64,000 nt of DNA from the NCBI RefSeq assembly GCF_009914755.1, contig NC_060925.1; one strand, 5' to 3'. The notes below the pieces were generated by a model. The model saw only the letters and a program-made list of their open reading frames with translations. It was not told where the DNA came from and ran no database searches. This stretch comes from the human T2T-CHM13v2.0 reference genome, Homo sapiens. Each line of letters starts with the position of its first letter. Position 1 is the first letter of the stretch. The position numbers were made by a program, and so were the translations under genes. Positions 14,995 to 28,500 of the stretch are shown here, piece after piece.

Positions 14995-17900
14995 ATGGAA
15001 TCGTCATCGAATGAATTGAATGCAATCATCGAATGGTCTCGAATGGAATCATCTTCAAATGGAATGGAATGGAATCATCGCATAGAATCGAATGGAATTA
15101 TCATCGAATGGAATCGAATGGAATCAACATCAAACGGAAAAAAACGGAATTATCGTATGGAATCGAAGAGAATCATCGAATGGACCCGAATGGAATCATC
15201 TAATGGAATGGAATGGAATAATCCATGGACTCGAATGCAATCATCATGGAATGGAATCGAATGGAATCATCGAATGGACTCGAATGGAATAATCATTGAA
15301 AGGAATCGAATGGAATCATCATCGGATGGAAACGAACGGAATCATCATCGAATGGAATCGAATAGAATTATGGAATGAAATCCAGTGTGATCATCATCGA
15401 ATGGACCCGGATGGAATCATCATCCAACGGAAGCTAATGGAATCAACATCGAATGAATCGAATGGAAACACCATCGAATTGAAACGAATGGAATTATCAT
15501 GAAATTGAAATGGATGGACTCATCATCGAATGGATTCGAATGGAATCATCGAATAAAATTGATTGAAATCATCATCAAATGGAATCGAATGGTATCATTG
15601 AATGGAATCGAATGGAATCATCATCAGATGGAAATGAATGGAATCGTCATAGAATGGAATCGAATGGATTCATTGAATGGAATCAGATGGAATCATCGAA
15701 TGGACTGGAATGGAATCATTGAATGGACTCGAAAGGGATCATTATTGAATGGAATTGAATGGAATCATCGAATGGTCTCGATTGGAATCATTATCAAATG
15801 GAATCGAATGGAATCACCGAATAGAATCGAATGGAACAATCATCGAATGGACTCAAATGGAATTATCCTCAAATGGAATCGAATGGAATTATCGAATGCA
15901 ATCGAATGGAATTATCGAATGCAATCGAATAGAATCATCGAATGGACTCGAATGGAATCATCGAATGGAATGGAATGGAACAGTCAATGAACTCGAATGG
16001 AATCATCATTGAATGGAATCGAATGGAATCATCGAGTGGAATCGAATGGAAATATGATCAAACGGAATCGAATGTAATCATCATCAAATGGAATCAAAAA
16101 TAACCATCATCAATTGGTATTGAATGGAATTGTCATCAAATGGAATTCAAAGGAATCATCATCAAATGGAACCGAATGGAATCCTCATTGAATGGAAATG
16201 AAAGGGGTCATCATCTAATGGAATCACATGGAATCATCATCAAATGGAATCGAATGGAATCATCATCAAATGGAATCTGATGGAATCATTGAACAGAATT
16301 GAATGGAATCGTCATCGAATGAATTGAATGCAATCATCGAATGGTCTCGAATGGAATCGTCTTCTAATGGAAAGGAATGGAATCATCGCATAGAATCGAA
16401 TGGAATTATCATCGAATGGAATCGAATGGTATCAACATCAAACGGAAAAAAACGGAATTATCGAATGGAATCGAAGAGAATCTTCGAACGGACCCGAATG
16501 GAATCATCTAATGGAATGGAATGGAATAACCATGGACTGGAAGGCAATCATCATCGAATGGAATCGAATGGAATCATCGAATGGACTCGAATGGAATAAT
16601 CATTGAACGGAATCGAATGGAATCATCATCGGATGGAAACGAATGGAATCATCATCGAATGGAAATGAAAGGAGTCATCATCTAATGGAATTGAATGGAA
16701 TCATCATAAAATGGAATCGAATGGATTCAACATCAAATGGAATCAAATGGAATCACTGAACGGAATTGAATGCAATCGTCATCGAATGAATTGAATGCAA
16801 TCATCAAATGGTCTCGAATGGAATCATCTTCAAATGGAATGGAATGGAATCATCGCATAGAATCGAATGGAATTATCATCGAATGGAATCGAATGGAATC
16901 AACATCAAACGGAAAAAAACGGAATTATGGAATGGAATAAAAGAGAATCATCGAACGGACACGAATGGAATCATCTAATGGAATGGAATGGAATAATCCA
17001 TGGACTCGAATGCAATCATCATCGAATGGAATCGAATGGAATCATCGAATGGACTCGAATGGAATAATCATTGAACGGAATCGAATGGAATCATCATCGG
17101 ATGGAAATGAATGGAATCATCATCGAATGGAATCGAATAGAATTATGGAATGAAATCCAGTGTGATCATCATCGAATGGACCCGAATGGAATCATCATCC
17201 AACGGAAGCTAATGGAATCAACATCGAATGAATCGAATGGAAACACCATCGAATTGAAACGAATGGAATTATCATGAAATTGAAATGGATGGACTCATCA
17301 TCGAATGGATTCGAATGGAATCATCGAATAAAATTGATTGAAATCATCATCAAATGGAATCGAATGGTATCATTGAATGGAATCGAATGGAATCATCTTC
17401 AGATGGAAATGAATGGAATCGTCATAGAATGGAATCGAATGGATTCATTGAATGGAATCAGATGGAATCATCGAATGGACTGGAATGGAATCATTGAATG
17501 GACTCGAAAGGGATCATTATTGAATGGAATTGAATGGAATCATCGAATGGTCTCGATTGGAATCATTATCAAATGGAATCGAATGGAATCACCGAATAGA
17601 ATCGAATGGAACAATCATCGAATGGACTCAAATGGAATTATCCTCCAATGGAATCGAATGGAATTATCGAATGCAATCGAATGGAATTATCGAATGCAAT
17701 CGAATAGAATCATCGAATGGACTCGAATGGAATCATCGAATGGAATGGAATGGAACAGTCAATGAACTCGAATGGAATCATCATTGAATGGAAACGAATG
17801 GAATCATCGAGTGGAATCGAATGGAATTATGATCAAATGGAATCCAATGTAATCATCATCAAATGGAATCAAAAATAACCATCATCAATTGGTATTGAAT

Positions 17901-18077
17901 GGAATTGTCATCAAATGGAATTGAAAGGAATCATCATCAAATGGAACCGAATGGAATCCTCATTGAATGGAAATGAAAGGGGTCATCATCTAATGGAATC
18001 GCATGGAATCATCATTAAATGGAATCGAATGGAATCATCATAAAATGGAATCTAATGGAATCATTGAAAAGAATTGA

Positions 18078-21000
18078 ATGGAATCGTCATCGAATGAATT
18101 GAATGCAATCATCGAATGGTCTCGAATGGAATCATCTTCTAATGGAAAGGAATGGAATCATCGCATAGAATCGAATGGAATTATCATCGAATGGAATCGA
18201 ATGGTATCAACACCAAACGGAAAAAAACGGAATTATGGAATGGAATCGAAGAGAATCTTCGAACGGACCCGAATGGAATCATTTATTGGAATGGAATGGA
18301 ATAATCCATGGACTCGAATGCAATCATCATCGAATGGAATCGAATGGAATCATCGAATGGACTCGAATGGAATAATCATTGAACGGAATCGAATGGAATC
18401 ATCATCGGATGGAAACGAATGGAATCATCATCGAATGGAAATGAAACGAGTCATCATCTAATGGAATTGCATGGAATCATCATAAAATGGAATCGAATGG
18501 AATCAACATCAAATGGAATCAAATGGAATCATTGAACGGAATTGAATGGAATCGTCATCGAATGAATTGAATGCAATCATCGAATGGTCTCGAATGGAAT
18601 CATCTTGAAATGGAATGGAATGGAATCATCGCATAGAATCGAATGGAATTATCATCGAATGGAATCGAATGGAATCAACATCAAACGGAAAAAAACGGAA
18701 TTATCGTATGGAATCGAAAAGAATCATCGAATGGACCCGAATGGAATCATCTAATGGAATGGAATGGAATAATCCATGGACTCGAATGCAATCATCATCG
18801 AATGGAATCGAATGGAATCATCGAATGGACTCGAATGGAATAATCATTGAACGGAATCGAATGGAATCATCATCGGATGGAAATGAATGGAATCATCATC
18901 GAATGGAATCGGATAGAATTATGGAATGAAATCCAGTGTGATCATCATCGAATGGACCCGAATGGAATCATCATCCAACGGAAGCTAATGGAATCAACAT
19001 CGAATGAATCGAATGGAAACACCATCGAATTGAAACGAATGGAATTATCATGAAATTGAAATGGATGGACTCATCATCGAATGGATTCGAATGGAATCAT
19101 CGAATAAAATTGATTGAAATCATCATAGAATGTAATCGAATGGTATCATTGAATGGAATCGTATGGAATCATCATCAGATGGAAATTAATGGAATCGTCA
19201 TAGAATGGAATCGAATGGATTCATTGAATGGAATCAGATGGAATCATCGAATGGACTGGAATGGAATCATTGAATGGACTCGAAAGGGATCATGATTGAA
19301 TGGAATTGAATGGAATCATCGAATGGTCTCGATTGGAATCATTATCAAATGGAAACGAATGGAATCACCGAATAGAATCGAATGGAACAATCATCGAATG
19401 GACTCAAATGGAATTATCCTCAAATGGAATGGAATGGAATTATCGAATGCAATCGAATGGAATTATCGAATGCAATCGAATAGAATCATCGAATGGACTC
19501 GAATGGAATCATCGAATGGAATGGAATGGAACAGTCAATGAACTCGAATGGAATCATCATTGAATGGAATCGAATGGAATCATCGAGTGGAATCGAATGG
19601 AATTATGATCAAATGGAATCGAATGTAATCATCATCAAATGGAATCAAAAATAACCATCATCAATTGGTATTCAATGGAATTGTCATCAAATGGAATTCA
19701 AAGGAATCATCATCAAATGGAACCGAATGGAATCCTCATTGAATGGAAATGAAAGGGGTCATCATCTAATGGAATCGCATGGAATCATCATCAAATGGAA
19801 TCGAATGGAATCATCATCAAATGGAATCTGATGGAATCATTGAACAGAATTGAATGGAATCGTCATCGAATGAATTGAATGCAATCATCGAATGGTCTCG
19901 AATGGAATCGTCTTCTAATGGAAAGGAATGGAATCATCGCATAGAATCGAATGGAATTATCATCGAATGGAATCGAATGGTATCAACATCAAACGGAAAA
20001 AAACGGAATTATCGAATGGAATCGAAGAGAATCTTCGAACGGACCCGAATGGAATCATCTAATGGAATGGAATGGAATAATCCATGGACTCGAATGCAAT
20101 CATCATCGAATGGAATCGAATGGAATCATCGAATGGACTCGAATGGAATAATCATTGAACGGAATCGAATGGAATCATCATCGGATGGAAACGAATGGAA
20201 TCATCATCGAATGGAAATGAAAGGAGTCATCATCTAATGGAATTGCATGGAATCATCATAAAATGGATTCGAATGGAATCAACATCAAATGGAATCAAAT
20301 GGAATCATTGAACGGAATTGAATGGAATCGTCATCGAATGAATTGAATGCAATCATCGAATGGTCTCGAATGGAATCATCTTCTAATGGAAAGGAATGGA
20401 ATCATCGCATAGAATCGAATGGAATTATCATCGAATGGAATCGAATGGTATCAACACCAAACGGAAAAAAACGGAATTATGGAATGGAATCGAAGAGAAT
20501 CTTCGAACGGACCCGAATGGAATCATTTATTGGAATGGAATGGAATAATCCATGGACTCGAATGCAATCATCATCGAATGGAATCGAATGGAATCATCGA
20601 ATGGACTCGAATGGAATAATCATTGAACGGAATCGAATGGAATCATCATCGGATGGAAACGAATGGAATCATCATCGAATGGAAATGAAACGAGTCATCA
20701 TCTAATGGAATTGCATGGAATCATCATAAAATGGAATCGAATGGAATCAACATCAAATGGAATCAAATGGAATCATTGAACGGAATTGAATGGAATCGTC
20801 ATCGAATGAATTGAATGCAATCATCGAATGGTCTCGAATGGAATCATCTTGAAATGGAATGGAATGGAATCATCGCATAGAATCGAATGGAATTATCATC
20901 GAATGGAATCGAATGGAATCAACATCAAACGGAAAAAAACGGAATTATCGTATGGAATCGAAAAGAATCATCGAATGGACCCGAATGGAATCATCTAATG

Positions 21001-22565
21001 GAATGGAATGGAATAATCCATGGACTCGAATGCAATCATCATCGAATGGAATCGAATGGAATCATCGAATGGACTCGAATGGAATAATCATTGAACGGAA
21101 TCGAATGGAATCATCATCGGATGGAAATGAATGGAATCATCATCGAATGGAATCGGATAGAATTATGGAATGAAATCCAGTGTGATCATCATCGAATGGA
21201 CCCGAATGGAATCATCATCCAACGGAAGCTAATGGAATCAACATCGAATGAATCGAATGGAAACACCATCGAATTGAAACGAATGGAATTATCATGAAAT
21301 TGAAATGGATGGACTCATCATCGAATGGATTCGAATGGAATCATCGAATAAAATTGATTGAAATCATCATAGAATGTAATCGAATGGTATCATTGAATGG
21401 AATCGTATGGAATCATCATCAGATGGAAATTAATGGAATCGTCATAGAATGGAATCGAATGGATTCATTGAATGGAATCAGATGGAATCATCGAATGGAC
21501 TGGAATGGAATCATTGAATGGACTCGAAAGGGATCATGATTGAATGGAATTGAATGGAATCATCGAATGGTCTCGATTGGAATCATTATCAAATGGAAAC
21601 GAATGGAATCACCGAATAGAATCGAATGGAACAATCATCGAATGGACTCAAATGGAATTATCCTCAAATGGAATGGAATGGAATTATCGAATGCAATCGA
21701 ATGGAATTATCGAATGCAATCGAATAGAATCATCGAATGGACTCGAATGGAATCATCGAATGGAATGGAATGGAACAGTCAATGAACTCGAATGGAATCA
21801 TCATTGAATGGAATCGAATGGAATCATCGAGTGGAATCGAATGGAATTATGATCAAATGGAATCGAATGTAATCATCATCAAATGGAATCAAAAATAACC
21901 ATCATCAATTGGTATTCAATGGAATTGTCATCAAATGGAATTCAAAGGAATCATCATCAAATGGAACCGAATGGAATCCTCATTGAATGGAAATGAAAGG
22001 GGTCATCATCTAATGGAATCGCATGGAATCATCATCAAATGGAATCGAATGGAATCATCATCAAATGGAATCTGATGGAATCATTGAACAGAATTGAATG
22101 GAATCGTCATCGAATGAATTGAATGCAATCATCGAATGGTCTCGAATGGAATCGTCTTCTAATGGAAAGGAATGGAATCATCGCATAGAATCGAATGGAA
22201 TTATCATCGAATGGAATCGAATGGTATCAACATCAAACGGAAAAAAACGGAATTATCGAATGGAATCGAAGAGAATCTTCGAACGGACCCGAATGGAATC
22301 ATCTAATGGAATGGAATGGAATAATCCATGGACTCGAATGCAATCATCATCGAATGGAATCGAATGGAATCATCGAATGGACTCGAATGGAATAATCATT
22401 GAACGGAATCGAATGGAATCATCATCGGATGGAAACGAATGGAATCATCATCGAATGGAAATGAAAGGAGTCATCATCTAATGGAATTGCATGGAATCAT
22501 CATAAAATGGATTCGAATGGAATCAACATCAAATGGAATCAAATGGAATCATTGAACGGAATTGA
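18078..22565 (+). repeat. Recent 2244-bp tandem duplication (18078-20321 / 20322-22565)
   Basis: Rare variants appear twice at +2244: CATTTATTGG (~18280/20524), CATCTTGAAA (~18601/20845) and AATCGTATGGAATCATC (~19157/21401). ORF-track translations are identical at +2244. Confidence 0.92.
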
Positions 22566-25500
22566 ATGGAATCGTCATCGAATGAATTGAATGCAATCAT
22601 CGAATGGTCTCGAATGGAATCATCTTCAAATGGAATGGAATGGAATCATCGCATAGAATCGAATGGAATTATCATCGAATGGAATCGAATGGAATCAACA
22701 TCAAACGGAAAAAAACGGAATTATCGTATGGAATCGAAGAGAATCATCGAATGGACCCGAATGGAATCATCTAATGGAATGGAATGGAATAATCCATGGA
22801 CTCGAATGCAATCATCATCGAATGGAATCGAATGGAATCATCGAATGGACTCGAATGGAATAATCATTGAACGGAATCGAATGGAATCATCATCGGATGG
22901 AAACGAACGGAATCATCATCGAATGGAATCGAATAGAATTATGGAATGAAATCCAGTGTGATCATCATCGAATGGACCCGAATAGAATCATCATCCAACG
23001 GAAGCTAATGGAATCAACATCGAATGAATCAAATGGAAACACCATCGAATTGAAACGAATGGAATTATCATGAAATTGAAATGGATGGACTCATCATCGA
23101 ATGGATTCGAATGGAATCATCGAATAAAATTGATTGAAATCATCATCGAATGGAATCGAATGGTATCATTGAATGGAATCGAATGGAATCATCATCAGAT
23201 GGAAATGAATGGAATCGTCATAGAATGGAATCGAATGGATTCATTGAATGGAATCAGATGGAATCATCGAATGGACTGGAATGGAATCATTGAATGGACT
23301 CAAAAGGGATCATGATTGAATGGAATTGAATGGAATCATCGAATGGTCTCGATTGGAATCATTATCAAATGGAATCGAATGGAATCACCGAATAGAATCG
23401 AATGGAACAATCATCGAATGGACTCAAATGGAATTATCCTCAAATGGAATCGAATGGAATTATCGAATGCAATCGAATGGAATTATCGAATGCAATCGAA
23501 TACAATCATCGAATGGACTCGAATGGAATCATCGAATGGAATGGAATGGAACAGTCAATGAACTCGAATGGAATCATCATTGAATGGAATCGAATGGAAT
23601 CATCGAGTGGAATCGAATGGAAATATGATCAAATGGAATCGAATGTAATCATCATCAAATGGAATCAAAAATAACCATCATCAATTGGTATTGAATGGAA
23701 TTGTCATCAAATGGAATTCAAAGGAATCATCATCAAATGGAACCGAATGGAATCCTCATTGAATGGAAATGAAAGGGGTCATCATCTAATGGAATCACAT
23801 GGAATCATCATCAAATGGAATCGAATGGAATCATCATCAAATGGAATCTGATGGAATCATTGAACAGAATTGAATGGAATCGTCATCGAATGAATTGAAT
23901 GCAATCATCGAATGGTCTCGAATGGAATCGTCTTCTAATGGAAAGGAATGGAATCATCGCATAGAATCGAATGGAATTATCATCGAATGGAATCGAATGG
24001 TATCAACATCAAACGGAAAAAAACGGAATTATCGAATGGAATCGAAGAGAATCTTCGAACGGACCCGAATGGAATCATCTAATGGAATGGAATGGAATAA
24101 CCATGGACTGGAAGGCAATCATCATCAAATGGAATCGAATGGAATCATCGAATGGACTCGAATGGAATAATCATTGAACGGAATCGAATGGAATCATCAT
24201 CGGATGGAAACGAATGGAATCATCATCGAATGGAAATGAAAGGAGTCATCATCTAATGGAATTGAATGGAATCATCATAAAATGGAATCGAATGGATTCA
24301 ACATCAAATGGAATCAAATGGAATCATTGAACGGAATTGAATGCAATCGTCATCGAATGAATTGAATGCAATCATCAAATGGTCTCGAATGGAATCATCT
24401 TCAAATGGAATGGAATGGAATCATCGCATAGAATCGAATGGAATTATCATCGAATGGAATCGAATGGAATCAACATCAAACGGAAAAAAACGGAATTATG
24501 GAATGGAATAAAAGAGAATCATCGAACGGACACGAATGGAATCATCTAATGGAATGGAATGGAATAATCCATGGACTCGAATGCAATCATCATCGAATGG
24601 AATCGAATGGAATCATCGAATGGACTCGAATGGAATAATCATTGAACGGAATCGAATGGAATCATCATCGGATGGAAATGAATGGAATCATCATCGAATG
24701 GAATCGAATAGAATTATGGAATGAAATCCAGTGTGATCATCATCGAATGGACCCGAATGGAATCATCATCCAACGGAAGCTAATGGAATCAACATCGAAT
24801 GAATCGAATGGAAACACCATCGAATTGAAACGAATGGAATTATCATGAAATAGAAATGGATGGACTCATCATCGAATGGATTCGAATGGAATCATCGAAT
24901 AAAATTGATTGAAATCATCATCAAATGGAATCGAATGGTATCATTGAATGGAATCGAATGGAATCATCTTCAGATGGAAATGAATGGAATCGTCATAGAA
25001 TGGAATCGAATGGATTCATTGAATGGAATCAGATGGAATCATCGAATGGACTGGAATGGAATCATTGAATGGACTCGAAAGGGATCATGATTGAATGGAA
25101 TTGAATGGAATCATCGAATGGTCTCGATTGGAATCATTATCAAATGGAATCGAATGGAATCACCGAATAGAATCGAATGGAACAATCATCGAATGGACTC
25201 AAATGGAATTATCCTCCAATGGAATCGAATGGAATTATCGAATGCAATCGAATGGAATTATCGAATGCAATCGAATAGAATCATCGAATGGACTCGAATG
25301 GAATCATCGAATGGAATGGAATGGAACAGTCAATGAACTCGAATGGAATCATCATTGAATGGAATGGAATGGAATCATCGAGTGGAATCGAATGGAATTA
25401 TGATCAAATGGAATCCAATGTAATCATCATCAAATGGAATCAAAAATAACCATCATCAATTGGTATTGAATGGAATTGTCATCAAATGGAATTGAAAGGA

Positions 25501-28500
25501 ATCATCATCAAATGGAACCGAATGGAATCCTCATTGAATGGAAATGAAAGGGGTCATCATCTAATGGAATCGCATGGAATCATCATTAAATGGAATCGAA
25601 TGGAATCATCATAAAATGGAATCTAATGGAATCATTGAAAAGAATTGAATGGAATCGTCATCGAATGAATTGAATGCAATCATCGAATGGTCTCGAATGG
25701 AATCATCTTCTAATGGAAAGGAATGGAATCATCGCATAGAATCGAATGGAATTATCATCGAATGGAATCGAATGGTATCAACACCAAACGGAAAAAAACG
25801 GAATTATGGAATGGAATCGAAGAGAATCTTCGAACGGACCCGAATGGAATCATTTAATGGAATGGAATGGAATAATCCATGGACTCGAATGCAATCATCA
25901 TCGAATGGAATCGAATGGAATCATCGAATGGACTCGAATGGAATAATCATTGAACGGAATCGAATGGAATCATCATCGGATGGAAACGAATGGAATCATC
26001 ATCGAATGGAAATGAAACGAGTCATCATCTAATGGAATTGCATGGAATCATCATAAAATGGAATCGAATGGAATCAACATCAAATGGAATCAAATGGAAT
26101 CATTGAACGGAATTGAATGGAATCGTCATCGAATGAATTGAATGCAATCATCGAATGGTCTCGAATGGAATCATCTTCAAATGGAATGGAATGGAATCAT
26201 CGCATAGAATCGAATGGAATTATCATCGAATGGAATCGAATGGAATCAACATCAAACGGAAAAAAACGGAATTATCGTATGGAATCGAAGAGAATCATCG
26301 AATGGACCCGAATGGAATCATCTAATGGAATGGAATGGAATAATCCATGGACTCGAATGCAATCATCATCGAATGGAATCGAATGGAATAATCGAATGGA
26401 CTCGAATGGAATAATCATTGAACGGAATCGAATGGAATCATCATCGGATGGAAATGAATGGAATCATCATCGAATGGAATCGGATAGAATTATGGAATGA
26501 AATCCAGTGTGATCATCATCGAATGGACCCGAATGGAATCATCATCCAACGGAAGCTAATGGAATCAACATCGAATGACTCGAATGGAAACACCATCGAA
26601 TTGAAACGAATGGAATTATCATGAAATTGAAATGGATGGACTCATCATCGAATGGATTCGAATGGAATCATCGAATAAAATTGATTGAAATCATCATAGA
26701 ATGTAATCGAATGGTATCATTGAATGGAATCGAATGGAATCATCATCAGATGGAAATGAATGGAATCGTCATAGAATGGAATCGAATGGATTCATTGAAT
26801 GGAATCAGATGGAATCATCGAATGGACTGGAATGGAATCATTGAATGGACTCGAAAGGGATCATGATTGAATGGAATTGAATGGAATCATCGAATGGTCT
26901 CGATTGGAATCATTATCAAATGGAAACGAATGGAATCACCGAATAGAATCGAATGGAACAATCATCGAATGGACTCAAATGGAATTATCCTCAAATGGAA
27001 TGGAATGGAATTATCGAATGCAATCGAATGGAATTATCGAATGCAATCGAATAGAATCATCGAATGGACTCGAAAGGAATCATTGAATGGAATGGAATGG
27101 AACAGTCAATGAACTCGAATGGAATCATCATTGAATGGAATCGAATGGAATCATCGAGTGGAATCGAATGGAATTATGATCAAATGGAATCGAATGTAAT
27201 CATCATCAAATGGAATCAAAAATAACCATCATCAATTGGTATTCAATGGAATTGTCATCAAATGGAATTCAAAGGAATCATCATCAAATGGAACCGAATG
27301 GAATCCTCATTGAATGGAAATGAAAGGGGTCATCATCTAATGGAATCGCATGGAATCATCATCAAATGGAATCGAATGGAATCATCATCAAATGGAATCT
27401 GATGGAATCATTGAACAGAATTGAATGGAATCGTCATCGAATGAATTGAATGCAATCATCGAATGGTCTCGAATGGAATCATCTTCTAATGGAAAGGAAT
27501 GGAATCATCGCATAGAATCGAATGGAATTATCATCGAATGGAATCGAATGGTATCAACATCAAACGGAAAAAAACGGAATTATCGAATGGAATCGAAGAG
27601 AATCTTCGAACGGACCCGAATGGAATCATCTAATGGAATGGAATGGAATAATCCATGGACTGGAAGGCAATCATCATCGAATGGAATCGAATGGAATCAT
27701 CGAATGGACTCGAATGGAATAATCATTGAACGGAATCGAATGGAATCATCATCGGATGGAAACGAATGGAATCATCATCGAATGGAAATGAAAGGAGTCA
27801 TCATCTAATGGAATTGCATGGAATCATCATAAAATGGAATCGAATGGAATCAACATCAAATGGAATCAAATGGAATCATTGAACGGAATTGAATGGAATC
27901 GTCATCGAATGAATTGAATGCAATCATCGAATGGTCTCGAATGGAATCATCTTCAAATGGAATGGAATGGAATCATCGCATAGAATCGAGTGGAATTATC
28001 ATCGAATGGAGTCGAATGGAATCAACATCAAACGGAAAAAAAGGGAATTATCGAATGGAATCGAAGAGAATCTTCGAACGGACCCGAATGGAATCACCTA
28101 ATGGAATGGAATGGAATAATCCATGGAGTCGAATGCAATCATCATCGAATGGAATCATCAAATGGACTCGAATGGAATAATCATTGAACGGAATCGAATG
28201 GAATCATCATCAGATGGAAATGAATGGAATCATCATCGAATGGAATCGAATAGAATTATGGAATGAAATCCAGTGTGATCATCATCGAATGGACCCAAAT
28301 GGAATCATCATCCAACGGAAGGTAATGGAATCAACATCGAATGAATCGAATGGAAACACCATCGAATTGAAACGAATGGAATTATCATGAAATTGAAATG
28401 GATGGACTCATCATCGAATGGATTCGAATGGAATCATCGAATAAAATTGATTGAAATCATCATCCAATGGAATCGAATGGTATCATTGAATGGAATCGAA

